From Myxococcota bacterium (GTDB lineage: Bacteria; Myxococcota; JACRCW01), in NCBI GenBank assembly GCA_040752415.1, contig JBFMGU010000005.1, forward strand, positions 2,988 to 66,987: a stretch of DNA of 64,000 bases. Direction: 5' to 3'. How positions within the stretch are numbered: position 1 is the first letter of the stretch; the number at the start of each line of letters is the position of its first letter. The notes under the pieces are model-generated. The model ran no database searches. It had not been told where the DNA came from and saw only the letters and a program-made list of their open reading frames with translations. The position numbers and the translations under genes were made by a program. This document shows positions 44,397 to 57,217 of the stretch, in pieces.

Positions 44397-45410
44397 ATGA
44401 AGGCGGGGGTGCTGCTCGTTCTGCTGGCAACGCTGTCGTGCTCGTCGGGGGCGGGCGCGGGCAAGCTGGACATGAAGCGCGTGGAGGCGGGTGAGGTCTA
44501 CGTGGAGCGCGTGGACCTCCCGGGCGGCCGCCTGATGTACCGCGGCATTGCCGTGCTGGACGCCCCGCCCGACCGCGTCTTCAACGTGTTCCACGACGTG
44601 GAGCACTGGCCGGAATGGCACACGCAGGTGCGGGAGCTGCGCGTGCTCCGTCGGGACCAGGACACCGTGGACGCGGAGGTGCGGTTCAACAAGCTGCTCG
44701 GCCAATCCGTGGGGCCGGCCACCCAGCGCGTGCGCTTCGACCGGCCTCGCGGCGAGGTGGCCATGCACATCTACGAGAACGAGTGGGCCCGCAGCGTGGA
44801 GAGCCTCATCAAGCTGGAGCCCTTCGGCGACGGCACGCGCACGCTCCTCAACGCCTACACCCACGGCGAGTTCAAGGCCTGGTGGTCCCGCGTGGCCACG
44901 CAGGCCATGCAGCAACGCGTCCTCACCGAGATGGTGGCCAACGTGCGCGCGGCCTCCTTGCTGCCGCGGTACCAGACCGCCACCGACGTCACCGCGGCCC
45001 CGTCGGCGCCACCGCTGAAGGTGGTGGTGCCCGGCTTCCGGTCCTCCTCCGTCCCCGCCGACGTGCTCCAGACCCTGACCCGCGTCTTTGCCCAACACCT
45101 CATGCGCCAGGCCGCCTGGAACGTGTTGACGGAGGAGGAGATGGTGGCGCTCCTGGACTACGCCAAGCAGCGGGAGCTGGCCGGCTGCGCCCCCAACGAG
45201 CCCTGCGCCGTGGACCTGGCCCGCGCGCTCCAGGCCGAGCGCGTGGTGCACGGGACCGTGGGCAAGGTGGGTGAGGTGTACGTGTTCACCGCGGCCTTGC
45301 TGAAGCTGCCGGAGGGCGTGGCGGAGAAGCGGGTCGAGGAACAGGCCGCTTCCGACGCGGAGCTGCTCCAGCGCGTCCGGGAGGCTGCGAGTCGCCTGGC
45401 CGCGCCCTAG
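44397..45410 (+). CDS. SRPBCC/polyketide-cyclase-like domain lipoprotein with a C-terminal CsgG/TolB-N-like domain
   Basis: APPDRVFNVFHDVEHWPEW; C-terminal C...C...ERVVHGTVGKVG. Confidence 0.65.
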   Translation: MKAGVLLVLLATLSCSSGAGAGKLDMKRVEAGEVYVERVDLPGGRLMYRGIAVLDAPPDRVFNVFHDVEHWPEWHTQVRELRVLRRDQDTVDAEVRFNKLLGQSVGPATQRVRFDRPRGEVAMHIYENEWARSVESLIKLEPFGDGTRTLLNAYTHGEFKAWWSRVATQAMQQRVLTEMVANVRAASLLPRYQTATDVTAAPSAPPLKVVVPGFRSSSVPADVLQTLTRVFAQHLMRQAAWNVLTEEEMVALLDYAKQRELAGCAPNEPCAVDLARALQAERVVHGTVGKVGEVYVFTAALLKLPEGVAEKRVEEQAASDAELLQRVREAASRLAAP

Positions 45411-45472
45411 CCGTTTCCGAAAATGGGACAAGCCCGCGGGGGTGTGTGAGGCTGGTCCGGGGAGGAGCAACC

Positions 45473-46177
45473 ATGGACGCGCAGACCATCACCTACCGGT
45501 ACCTGTTCACGTTCCGCGACGGTCGACACCGCGAGTTCGTGGTCAACCTGGACCCGGACACGCTGGCGTTGAAGACCCCGCCCCGCGCGAACCCACCGGA
45601 GTGGACGCGGATGGACACGTTCCGCTGCCACCATTGCCCGCTGCCCCAGGACACCGCGCACTGCCCCATGGCGGTGGCCCTGGAGGACCTCATCGAGTTC
45701 TTCGCGCAGAGCCTCAGCTACGAGGAGGCCGAGGTTTCCGTCGAGGGCGGCGGGCGCACCATCATGAAGCACACCAGCGTGCAGGCGGGCATGAGCAGTC
45801 TGCTCGGGTTGTACATGGCCACCGCGGGGTGTCCGGTCATGGACATGCTGCGACCGATGTCGCGCTTCCACCTCCCCTTCGCCTCGCTCGACGAGACCAA
45901 GTACCGCGCCATCAGCATGTACCTGACCGCGCAGTTCTTCCGCGCTCGCCACGGTCTGCCCGCGGACTGGGAGCTGAAGGACCTGGCGCGCATCTACGCC
46001 GACGTGCGCGAGGTCAACCTCAACATCTGCCAGAAGCTCAGCAATCGGAAGGTGAAGGATGCGTCGCTGAACGCGGTCTCCATCCTGGACACGTTCGCGG
46101 AGTTCACGCGCGCCTCCATCGACTACGACATGCTGGAGGAGCTGGAAGGACTCTTTGCGCCCTACCTGAAGCGCTGA
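45473..46177 (+). CDS. Conserved hypothetical protein (DUF6901-like)
   Basis: CHHCPL...CPMA; GCPVM...PMSRFHLPFA; GGAGG RBS. Confidence 0.7.
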   Translation: MDAQTITYRYLFTFRDGRHREFVVNLDPDTLALKTPPRANPPEWTRMDTFRCHHCPLPQDTAHCPMAVALEDLIEFFAQSLSYEEAEVSVEGGGRTIMKHTSVQAGMSSLLGLYMATAGCPVMDMLRPMSRFHLPFASLDETKYRAISMYLTAQFFRARHGLPADWELKDLARIYADVREVNLNICQKLSNRKVKDASLNAVSILDTFAEFTRASIDYDMLEELEGLFAPYLKR

Positions 46178-46178
46178 G

Positions 46179-46224
46179 GTCCGAGGGAAAGCGGTACTTC
46201 ATACCGCAGTCCGAAAGTGCCGGC
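46179..46224. repeat. Third copy of REP-like family 1 between convergent genes
   Basis: GTCCGAGGGAAAGCGGTACTTCATACCGCAGTCCGAAAGTGCCGGC, near-identical to the reverse complement of 2912-2958. Confidence 0.85.
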
Positions 46225-46265
46225 CGCGCGTCTCGCGGAATCGAAGAGCCGGCACGACGTCGTCG

Positions 46266-46448
46266 TCAGCCGTTCTTGCCGCCCACCTTGCCGGCGCGCT
46301 TCTTCAGCTCCTCCTCGTTCTCGCGCTCGGCGGCCTCCACGCGCTCGGCCACCTTGGGGTCCGAGAGGTTCTTCAGCATCTGCTTCTTCAGCGCTTCCAG
46401 CTTGGCGGCGTCCATCTTGGGGGCTCCCTTGTCATCCTGCTTGCTCAT
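46266..46448 (-). CDS. Small charged helical protein (possible antitoxin/immunity partner)
   Basis: GAGGAGG RBS; 60 aa; directly downstream of the zeta-like gene. Confidence 0.65.
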   Translation of the reverse strand: MSKQDDKGAPKMDAAKLEALKKQMLKNLSDPKVAERVEAAERENEEELKKRAGKVGGKNG

Positions 46449-46462
46449 GGCGACTCCTCCTC

Positions 46463-47710
46463 TCAACTTCCCGCCGTCACCAGCTTGCTGGCCCCGGTCT
46501 TGATGGCTTCCAACATCACGTCCAGCTTCTCACCGTGCTTCTGCACGAACGCCTGCCGCGACTTCTCCGACACGTCCGCCAGCGAGAAGGACTGCAGCTG
46601 GCCCATCAGCCCCTTCACCGCGGCCTGGGACGCGCCGTACTGCTTGAGCTCCTCGCGCTTCATCTCCCGCGGCGCGCCTCCGCTGTTGTCAATGAGGAGG
46701 TACTGGACGCCCGGGTTGCGATCCAGGAACGCCGCGAAGTTCTTGGCCCCGTCGACATAGCTGTTGGCAAACGGCAGCACGTCCACCGCCCGCCCCTTCT
46801 CCACGGCGCGCTCCACGGACCGCTTGAAGGAGACCTCCATGTTCCCCTGCACGTACACGTAGACGGGGTTGTGGCCGTACTTCTCGCAGGTCTTCTTGAC
46901 CCACTCGTTCTCGGTGGCGCACTGCTCGCCGGCGGCGTCGTAGATGGCTCCAAAGCTCTTGGTGAACTCGCTGCTCAGCCCCTTCTCGATGGCGTAGCTC
47001 TTCCCGGACGCGCACCCGCCGCTGGTCACCAGCACCTGCGAGCCCTTGGGCAACGCCTTGAGGTGCTCCTCGAACGCGCCCTTGGCCATGGCGTGCGCCA
47101 CCTGGTGCATCTCCGCGTTGTAGGTGGCCTTGAACATGTTCTCGACGAGCGCGCGGTCCTTGCCCAGGTCCAACCCGTGCTTCTTCGCAATGCCCTGCAG
47201 CGCCTCGCCCACCTCGGGGACCTTGTAGGCGCCCTTCTCGTCGCGGGCGAAGAAGACGCTCTTGGCGGCGTCGGTCTCGAAGTTGTTGCCGGCCTTCTGG
47301 CACTGGTCACGGTAGAGACCCACCAGCTCCGCGCGGTTCTGCTCGAAGAAACGGATGCAGCCCGCCTCCACCTTCCGCCCCTCGACTGTGGTGTTCTTGA
47401 GCAGCGGGATTTCCACCTTGTAGTCGGGGCCGGTGACGGAGGTGTCGCCGCGCAGGCCCACGACGGGCTGGTGCGCCGGGTCATGCTGGATGGTGGGGTG
47501 GCTGAGGCCCAGCGCGCCCAGGGCGCCTTGCGTGAGGGCGGGCAGCGTCTGACCCGGCGCCTTGGTGAGCGGCGCATCCTTGGCCTGCTGCGCCACGGCG
47601 TGCAGCACCGTCTCCGGGGCCTTCCCCACTTGCGTGGTCTGCGTCTGGCCCACCTGGCCAACCTGGCCGGTGCGCCCAATCTGCTGCTTGTTCCCGACGG
47701 TGATGCTCAT
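46463..47710 (-). CDS. Zeta-toxin-like P-loop kinase with a low-complexity N-terminal extension
   Basis: TSGGCASGKS Walker A; RSVERAVEKGRAVD; LLIDNS; strong AGGAGG RBS. Confidence 0.7.
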   Translation of the reverse strand: MSITVGNKQQIGRTGQVGQVGQTQTTQVGKAPETVLHAVAQQAKDAPLTKAPGQTLPALTQGALGALGLSHPTIQHDPAHQPVVGLRGDTSVTGPDYKVEIPLLKNTTVEGRKVEAGCIRFFEQNRAELVGLYRDQCQKAGNNFETDAAKSVFFARDEKGAYKVPEVGEALQGIAKKHGLDLGKDRALVENMFKATYNAEMHQVAHAMAKGAFEEHLKALPKGSQVLVTSGGCASGKSYAIEKGLSSEFTKSFGAIYDAAGEQCATENEWVKKTCEKYGHNPVYVYVQGNMEVSFKRSVERAVEKGRAVDVLPFANSYVDGAKNFAAFLDRNPGVQYLLIDNSGGAPREMKREELKQYGASQAAVKGLMGQLQSFSLADVSEKSRQAFVQKHGEKLDVMLEAIKTGASKLVTAGS

Positions 47711-47727
47711 GTCACCTCCTCACGGAC

Positions 47728-48216
47728 TCACGGTTGCTTGGATGGGTTCCCGCGACTGGCCAGCAGCGCCGCGGCCAGCGGTCCGGCGGCCACGGTCCCT
47801 GCCGGTCTTGGCCCGGGGGCAGGCGCCTTGGCAGCGGGCGCGCCACCACCAATCAGCGCCATGGCCGCCTTGCGCGAGGCCGCCGTCTGCAGCTCTCCGC
47901 TGCCCACCGCCTCCCGCATGCGCTGCATCAGCGCCGCTTCCACGTCGGGCGGGATGGGGTTCTGCTTCATGAACGCGGTGATCTTCGCCTGAGCGCTCTC
48001 CACGGTCTTCTCCGCGGCGGCGCCGGAACGCGTGGCCAGCTGGTCCAGGACCTGTTTCTCGTCGGCGGAGAGCTTGCTGACGTCGTCGCCGTGCTGCGCG
48101 TAGATGCTGATGGCGGCCACCACCAGCACCTGGTCCCGGGAGAGCTTCCGTCGACCCGCCGCGTCCGTGGCCAGGAGGATCCGCTGGATGTCCTGCGCAA
48201 GCTGGGCCACGACCAC
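47728..48216 (-). CDS. Hypothetical helical protein (start uncertain)
   Basis: ORF with host codon bias, co-oriented and 17 bp upstream of the zeta-like gene. Confidence 0.6.
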   Translation of the reverse strand: MVVAQLAQDIQRILLATDAAGRRKLSRDQVLVVAAISIYAQHGDDVSKLSADEKQVLDQLATRSGAAAEKTVESAQAKITAFMKQNPIPPDVEAALMQRMREAVGSGELQTAASRKAAMALIGGGAPAAKAPAPGPRPAGTVAAGPLAAALLASRGNPSKQP

Positions 48217-48346
48217 TCCACCGCGGAAACCCGGTGAGTCGACCACGCGCGCAGGAAGGGGTCAATGAACCCAAGGATTCGCGTGGAGATCGCGGGCGTA
48301 CGCCGAACCGACATCCTGCCAAACGACAGGAATTCGGACTGGAGGA

Positions 48347-48772
48347 CTACCCGCCGAACAGGCAACTGAACCAAGAAGGATCCTCGCGGGGATCCAGTTC
48401 ACCTTGAGCCACATCAGCGGGCACGAAGAGTACGGCGATCCCTTCCGCAGGCAGAACCGCAGTTACTCCAAGAGTGAATTCCTCCCCCGAGGAGAACTGT
48501 GCGCGCAGTTCCATGCCCGCGCACTCAGTCAGGACACTGACGCCTGTGATGAGAACCCCTGACGAAAGGACGTCGCCAACAAATGTCTCCCCACCCTGTC
48601 CACAAGTGATGCAGACAAGGGTCCGATCAGAGGACCTGACGTTCGTATCGATGGACGGTGACTTGAGGTGGTCTTCGATTAGCGGCGTCGGGTGCAGAAG
48701 AACCAACAACCCCAGCAACGCGCCAAGGATGCGAGCACGGCGCGCAAGTTCGAACGGCAGGACCCCTTTCAT
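48347..48772 (-). CDS. Hypothetical protein, lower GC
   Basis: GAGG RBS before ATG 48772; N-terminal hydrophobic stretch; atypical codon use. Confidence 0.4.
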   Translation of the reverse strand: MKGVLPFELARRARILGALLGLLVLLHPTPLIEDHLKSPSIDTNVRSSDRTLVCITCGQGGETFVGDVLSSGVLITGVSVLTECAGMELRAQFSSGEEFTLGVTAVLPAEGIAVLFVPADVAQGELDPREDPSWFSCLFGG

Positions 48773-48896
48773 GTCGACCTCTTCACCCAACGACGGAAGC
48801 CCACGGGCGCCGCGGAGGGGTGACAATCCCAAAGAAAGTTACTCTCACGCGCGGCGCTGTGCCGTCGGCCACGCGAACTTCACTGGACTCGCTCGC

Positions 48897-51752
<2,856 letters not shown>

Positions 51753-52275
51753 GGGCCCTCAACAGGCACCGGGAGGAGGCGCATCCCCCCGGGAGCCGCG
51801 TTTTAGTGGAAGCTGTAACTGCACATCCGTTCAAGTGCGACCGCGCAGATGCTCCTGTCCCCCGGGCGCATCTAACTGCCCGTCCTCCCTACGTTTTTTG
51901 ACAGGGGCACCAGCGAGGTGCGGGGGCCGTTTCTGCAACAACTTGAGGGCCGGCGCAAGCACAAAAAGGGACGCGTTCTACAACCTCCTGTTGTCCTTGG
52001 GATTTCTAAACGCGATCCGTAGTGGTCCCAATCAACGATCGCAGCCCTGAGCCCGGGCATCACGAATGGTGTGGTAACTCCAGGCGTGATCGTAACTTTT
52101 CGTACAATGCCCTGCATGACCATACGTGAACGGTCATGTCCGATCGCGCGCTAAGTGCTTGATTCGGATCGAGAGTTTGAACGCGATCTGATCACGCGTG
52201 CAAAACGTGTTGGAACCGCGCGGAGAGGTGCGCGTGCTCCGTCGAGGGCGTGCGCTCCCGTTTTGTTATTCCTGG

Positions 52276-52809
52276 TCAGGCGGGCGCCAGGCTCGGCCGG
52301 GCGGCGAGCCATTTCACGAGCTGCTCCCGCTGGAAGACGGTGAGGAGGACCGCGCCCAGGCCCACGGTGGCGCCGTGCACCAGCGGCGCGGGGGATCCGC
52401 TCTTGAGCCGGGATCCGTTCAGGAAGGTGCCGTTGCTGCTGCCCGCGTCCTCGAGGAGGAAGCCCTCCGGCGCGACCTTGATCCGCGCGTGCAGCTTGCT
52501 GACCTGGCTGTGCAGCACCACCGCGTCATTGGATCCGGCCCGCCCCACGAGGATCACGTTCTGGAACGCGCGCGGATCCCTTTTGCGCAGCGGCCAGCAG
52601 GAGACGTCAGCGGTCAGGCCGGATCCGTCAGGAGCGGGCGGGAAAGGGTTGCTGCGGAACTCCGTGCGGAAGGACCACTGGCCGTCTTCTTCCGGAGGGA
52701 TCCGACCCACCAGCAGCCACTCTCCCAGCTCCCGCAGCACCTCCTGGTCTGCCGCGGAATTCCGACGGGCCAGGGCGTGCAGCCGGGTGAGCGGGATGGG
52801 CTGGGTCAC
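52276..52809 (-). CDS. FHA domain protein
   Basis: VGRAGSND...VSKLHA...GSSNGTFLNG; GTGA overlap with the upstream gene. Confidence 0.88.
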   Translation of the reverse strand: MTQPIPLTRLHALARRNSAADQEVLRELGEWLLVGRIPPEEDGQWSFRTEFRSNPFPPAPDGSGLTADVSCWPLRKRDPRAFQNVILVGRAGSNDAVVLHSQVSKLHARIKVAPEGFLLEDAGSSNGTFLNGSRLKSGSPAPLVHGATVGLGAVLLTVFQREQLVKWLAARPSLAPA

Positions 52810-53366
52810 GGTTGGCTGGAGGCGCCGTGGCCGGCCAGGTGGGTGAGCAGCTCGTACAGGCGACGCGCGGAGACGAACGTGAACACGCACTTGCCAAAGA
52901 CGAGGGTGTCCCCGTCATTGAGGCTGACGCGGGCGCGGGTGGGGGCGCGCATGCCGTTCATCTTGGTGCCGTTGGAGCTGCCCACGTCAATGAGCCACCA
53001 CTTGTCATGGTCCTTGGAGAAATACGCGTGCAGCTTGCTGACGGTGGGGTGCGGCACCACCAGGTCATTGTTGCTGGCGCGGCCCAGGAAGATGCGGGTG
53101 GAGCCGTTGGAGGCGCCGGCCTTGTCCAGCGGCAGCACCCAGTCCCGGATGCGCAGCGGGGCTTCCCCGTTGGCGGTGGACGACGCGGCGGGCGGCGGGC
53201 CCACCATGCTGGCTTCCGTGGCCACGCGGGTGCGGAAGACGAACTCCTCCTCCAGCACCTCCTTGCCCAGGATGAAGGGATGGTTGAAACGCTGACAGAA
53301 GCCGTCCTCCGTATAGGCCCTGGCCAACGGCACCATTTCTTCAATCTTGCGAACAGCCAGGGTCAT
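52806..53366 (-). CDS. FHA domain protein
   Basis: LGRASNND...VSKLHA...GSSNGTKMNG. Confidence 0.9.
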   Translation of the reverse strand: MTLAVRKIEEMVPLARAYTEDGFCQRFNHPFILGKEVLEEEFVFRTRVATEASMVGPPPAASSTANGEAPLRIRDWVLPLDKAGASNGSTRIFLGRASNNDLVVPHPTVSKLHAYFSKDHDKWWLIDVGSSNGTKMNGMRAPTRARVSLNDGDTLVFGKCVFTFVSARRLYELLTHLAGHGASSQP

Positions 53367-53457
53367 GCGGCGGGCTCCCCCCCGGGGGGCGAGTCGTCAG
53401 CTTTGGTGCCGCGCGCGCGCGGAGTCAAGAGCCAGACCGCCCGCCGCCCGGAGAAGC

Positions 53458-56400
53458 TCATTCCGGAGCGGAGTCGTACGAGCTCAGCGGGTTGCCCGTG
53501 GGCCCGTCCAGGCCGCCCAGGATGAACAGCGTGCTGAAGAGCCGCTCCGTGGAGAAGTAGAGCCGGTTGGTGGAGAGGCCGTTGCCGCTCACGGAGTCCT
53601 GGGTCAGCAGCAGGTCCGTGCTCTCCCAGTTGGTGGCGTTGGGCACGCCGCCGCACGGCGGGTCCGGCGAGGTGGGCAGGCAGGCGTTGGAGCGGTCCAT
53701 GCGCTGGCCACCCGTCTGGATGTTGCCACCCATGACGTAGAGGAAGTTGAAGTACAGCAGGCCCTCCACGCCGTACCCGTTGGCGTTGAAGCCGTTGCTG
53801 GGGATGGCCACCGGGAGCCACTCCTCCACGCTACCGTCGGTGCGGACGAAGGCGAGCTCCGCGTAGGGGTTGTTGAGGTCGGGGCTCTGGGCGCTGCCGG
53901 CGGGGATGGCCTGCTCCGCGCCGTTCCCGTCCACGCCGCCGCTGCCCGCCACCGCGAGCAGGTAGATGGCCTCCCCGTCGGTCTCGGCCCAGGGGCCGGT
54001 GGGGAAGACCGCCGCAAAGCAGAACTCATCCGCGCCGCTGCAGTCCTCGTCCACGCCGTTGCCGCACATGCCGTCGCCGGGCGTGGGGCTCTCGAAGACG
54101 CCGGGGTTGATGCTCGCGGAGGTGTCGTCGCAGTCGGTGCCACCGCAGGCGGTCTTGCGGAAGCCGTCATTGTCCGCGTCGGCGAAGGCGGGGTCGTTGC
54201 AGCCGGGGCCCGCGTCAGGCGCCACCACGCCGCCGTCCGGTCCCACCACCACGCCACCGTCGCCCGGGGCCACGCCGCCGTCGCCGGGGCCGGGGCCCGC
54301 GTCGCGACCGGCGCAGTCCGGGTCCGCTCCGTCGGTGAGCCCGTCGCAGTCATTGTCCAGCCCGTCGTCACACACCTCGGTGGCGCCGGGGTTGATGGCG
54401 CCGTTGCCGTCGTTGCAGTCGGTGCCACCGCAGTCCGCGCTGCGGTAGCCGTCGCCGTCCACGTCGGGGTTGAGGCAGACGTCATTGGGGGGCGGGTCGG
54501 CGCTGGGGGCGCTGCGGGAGCCGGCGTTGGTCACCAGCGCGAAGTTGGCGCGAGCGCTGATGAGCTCCACCGGCGCATTGTTGAACGTGACCGGGCTCCA
54601 GGCCAGGTGCCCGTTGGCGTCGACGGTGGCGTGCTCGATGTCACCGTACGTGGTGCCTGCGGCGCCGTCGCGGCCGCCCAGCGCGTAGAGGTGCACCTCC
54701 GCCAGCGTGGCGCCCAGGACCAGCTTGACCACCTCGTGCCCCTGGCGCGCCACGTTCAGCGCGCTGTCGTCGTCGACCGCGAAACGCGAGAGCGCACCGC
54801 GCGGGAGCGGCGGCTCTCCGTCGGGCGCGGTCTCGGTGCCGGGGGTGGCGCTCCCGTCGTCGACCAGCTCCGTGCCCGTCACCTCCGCCACGCGGTAGGC
54901 GGTGCGCGCGGCGTCGTTGACGCTGCCCGTGAGCCCGGTGCTGGGGGTGCGATAGACGCGGTAGGCGGTGGCGCCGGGAACCGCGGCCCACGTCACCCGC
55001 AGCGTGTTCTGCGTGCCCTGCGTCTGCCCCACCACCGCGGGCCCGGCGGGCGCCTCGTACGTGGTGGCACCGTCGGGGCGGACGGCGGTGATGCGGTAGC
55101 CGTAGAAGCCCGCGGGCAGCGCGCCGCCGTCCTGCGCGGAGGCGGAGACACCGCCGGGGGAAGCCAGCAGCGCGGCACTTCCATCGTCGACAAAGCGCAG
55201 CAGGCCGTCCTGACCCGCCACCGCGGTACCCAGCGCGCCCCGGGCCACGAGGCGCACGCTGCCCGCACCCGCGCCGGGAGCCGGCGAGCGGTACAGGCGG
55301 TAGGCCACCGCGCCGGGATAGGCCTCGAACACCACGCCGAGCGCGCCATTGTTTTCGGCGCGGCCGCGGATGGGACGGGAGGCCAGGCCTTCACCGGCAA
55401 AGCGCTCGGCACCACCGGGAAGGACCGCGGCCACCCGGTAGTGGAACACCCCGTCGGGGAGCTGGCCCTGCCCCGCCGCTTCCACGTGACCCGCGCCGGC
55501 CATGGTGGCGGCGGTGAGGATGGTGGCGCGGTCGACGGTGGCGGTGGCCGCGCCGTTCCCGTCCATGCCGCCAATGGCGTAGACCCAGTTGGACACCGTC
55601 ACCAGCTGCGCGCCCCGACGCGCCTGCGAAAGCGTGTTGGGCACGCGCGTCCCGTCGTCGGTGGCGGTCTGGAGCACGGCGAATGGGGCCAGCTTGCCAA
55701 ATGGCGTCACCGTGGTGCGCTCCACCTCCAGGATGGGCGCCACCGGGTCCGCGGTGCCCGCGAGCCGACCCTCACCTCCCCCCACCACCAGTGAGCTGCC
55801 GCCCACGTCGTCAAACGTCACGGTGCTGTCGTGGCGGCCGCGGGCGTAGGCCAGTTCCGCGTCGGCGGTGGAAGCGGTGAAGGCGCCCAGCTTGCCCTTC
55901 TCATTGGAGTAGATGTGCAGCGAGGCGTATTCGCCGTACTGCCCGTCGGGGTTGGTGACGCGCACCAGGAAGAAGTCACCCGCGCCAATGCCGCACGGCT
56001 CGGCCGCCGCCACGTTGAGCTGGGCCACGAGCTGGGTGGAGACCTGGCCATCCACGTTGTCGGTGCTGGTGGCGGGACACAATGTGCCGTCGGGGGCCAC
56101 CAGGCTGACCTGCGCGCCCTCGACGAAGTCCTCACCGTTCACCGTGAGCGTTCCCGCGTTGGCGGTGTCCGGACGCGCCGGGGCGATGGAGGTGATGCGC
56201 GGCGGCGGGATGTCACGGACCTCCACGGTGCCACGACGCATGCGTGCCCCTCCGTCGGCGTTCTCGGTGATGAGCCACACGGCGGCCTGCCCGTCCGGGT
56301 TCACGAGGAAGACGAAGTAGCGGCCGAGCGCCAACCTCGCGGACTCACTGGGGAAGACCGCGGTGGCGTTGGTGGACGAGAGCACCGCGGTGTCCGGCGA

Positions 56401-57102
56401 CTCCACCGGCTCCGCGCCCGCCTGGTCCGCCGCCAGGAACTCCACGCTGGCGCCGGTGAGGAACCCGGTGCCGGTCAGCGTCAACACGCGGTCGCTGAGC
56501 ATTCCGTCGTCGGGCTCGCCGCGGAAGGCAAAGCCGGGCGTGACGTCGGTGAGCGAGGGGGGCGGGGCCACGGTGACGCGGAAGGGATCCGCGAGCGTGG
56601 CGGTGTCCGCGCCCTGCACCACGGTGACGGTGTAGAGGCCGTCCGGCCGGGTGTTGTCGGCGGTGAGCATGACGGTGAGCTGGGTGCCATCGCTGGCGGG
56701 CGTGCCGTTGAGCTCGAACTGCCCACCGGTGGGCTGCGGCGTGGCCTGGTGTGCAAACCGCACCACCGCCCCGTCGACAAACCCGGTGCCGAAGAGGGTC
56801 ACGAGCACGTCCTCACCGCGATAGGCGGCGCGCGGGGAGATGCTGGTGACGCTCAGGGCGCCCACCACCGAGCCATCCGGAAGTTGTCCCCCGTCCCCCA
56901 AGCCGCCCGAGGAGCTGACCCCCGACGAGCTTCCGCTGGAAGAGGTGGTCCCGCTTTCCCCGGAGGAGCTGGATGAGCTCGAGGTGGTGGTGGTCTCCTC
57001 ACCGTTGGTGCCGGGTTGGGTGCAGTTACACCCGTGGACCATGGCCATGGCGGCCAGACCGGCAACCACGCTTCCACGCGCAGAACGCAGCAATGTGTGC
57101 AT
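53458..57102 (-). CDS. Giant surface (lipo)protein: IPT/TIG domains, Kelch-like blades, MopE-type Cys repeats (paralog B)
   Basis: GCNC after a signal peptide; VYAIGG / LYALGG / LYVMGG / LFILGG; DCNDGNGAINPGATEVCDDGLDNDCDG; AGGAGG RBS. Confidence 0.8.
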   Translation of the reverse strand: MHTLLRSARGSVVAGLAAMAMVHGCNCTQPGTNGEETTTTSSSSSSSGESGTTSSSGSSSGVSSSGGLGDGGQLPDGSVVGALSVTSISPRAAYRGEDVLVTLFGTGFVDGAVVRFAHQATPQPTGGQFELNGTPASDGTQLTVMLTADNTRPDGLYTVTVVQGADTATLADPFRVTVAPPPSLTDVTPGFAFRGEPDDGMLSDRVLTLTGTGFLTGASVEFLAADQAGAEPVESPDTAVLSSTNATAVFPSESARLALGRYFVFLVNPDGQAAVWLITENADGGARMRRGTVEVRDIPPPRITSIAPARPDTANAGTLTVNGEDFVEGAQVSLVAPDGTLCPATSTDNVDGQVSTQLVAQLNVAAAEPCGIGAGDFFLVRVTNPDGQYGEYASLHIYSNEKGKLGAFTASTADAELAYARGRHDSTVTFDDVGGSSLVVGGGEGRLAGTADPVAPILEVERTTVTPFGKLAPFAVLQTATDDGTRVPNTLSQARRGAQLVTVSNWVYAIGGMDGNGAATATVDRATILTAATMAGAGHVEAAGQGQLPDGVFHYRVAAVLPGGAERFAGEGLASRPIRGRAENNGALGVVFEAYPGAVAYRLYRSPAPGAGAGSVRLVARGALGTAVAGQDGLLRFVDDGSAALLASPGGVSASAQDGGALPAGFYGYRITAVRPDGATTYEAPAGPAVVGQTQGTQNTLRVTWAAVPGATAYRVYRTPSTGLTGSVNDAARTAYRVAEVTGTELVDDGSATPGTETAPDGEPPLPRGALSRFAVDDDSALNVARQGHEVVKLVLGATLAEVHLYALGGRDGAAGTTYGDIEHATVDANGHLAWSPVTFNNAPVELISARANFALVTNAGSRSAPSADPPPNDVCLNPDVDGDGYRSADCGGTDCNDGNGAINPGATEVCDDGLDNDCDGLTDGADPDCAGRDAGPGPGDGGVAPGDGGVVVGPDGGVVAPDAGPGCNDPAFADADNDGFRKTACGGTDCDDTSASINPGVFESPTPGDGMCGNGVDEDCSGADEFCFAAVFPTGPWAETDGEAIYLLAVAGSGGVDGNGAEQAIPAGSAQSPDLNNPYAELAFVRTDGSVEEWLPVAIPSNGFNANGYGVEGLLYFNFLYVMGGNIQTGGQRMDRSNACLPTSPDPPCGGVPNATNWESTDLLLTQDSVSGNGLSTNRLYFSTERLFSTLFILGGLDGPTGNPLSSYDSAPE

Positions 57103-57217
57103 GAGTCTCCTCCTGGGATTCCAACCGGGCATGGTCATAGTCGGCCCCCCACGTCGCCGGGCGTCGTGCTCGCAACGGATGGGACCGGGGATCACACTGT
57201 GGCCAAAGCCACGTGTC

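Noticed and set aside
51960-52030. NrdR boxes or a cobalamin riboswitch upstream of nrdJ
   Set aside because: Only weak partial matches (ACAACCTCCTGTTGT; CGCGATCCGTAGTG) and no recognisable B12-box.
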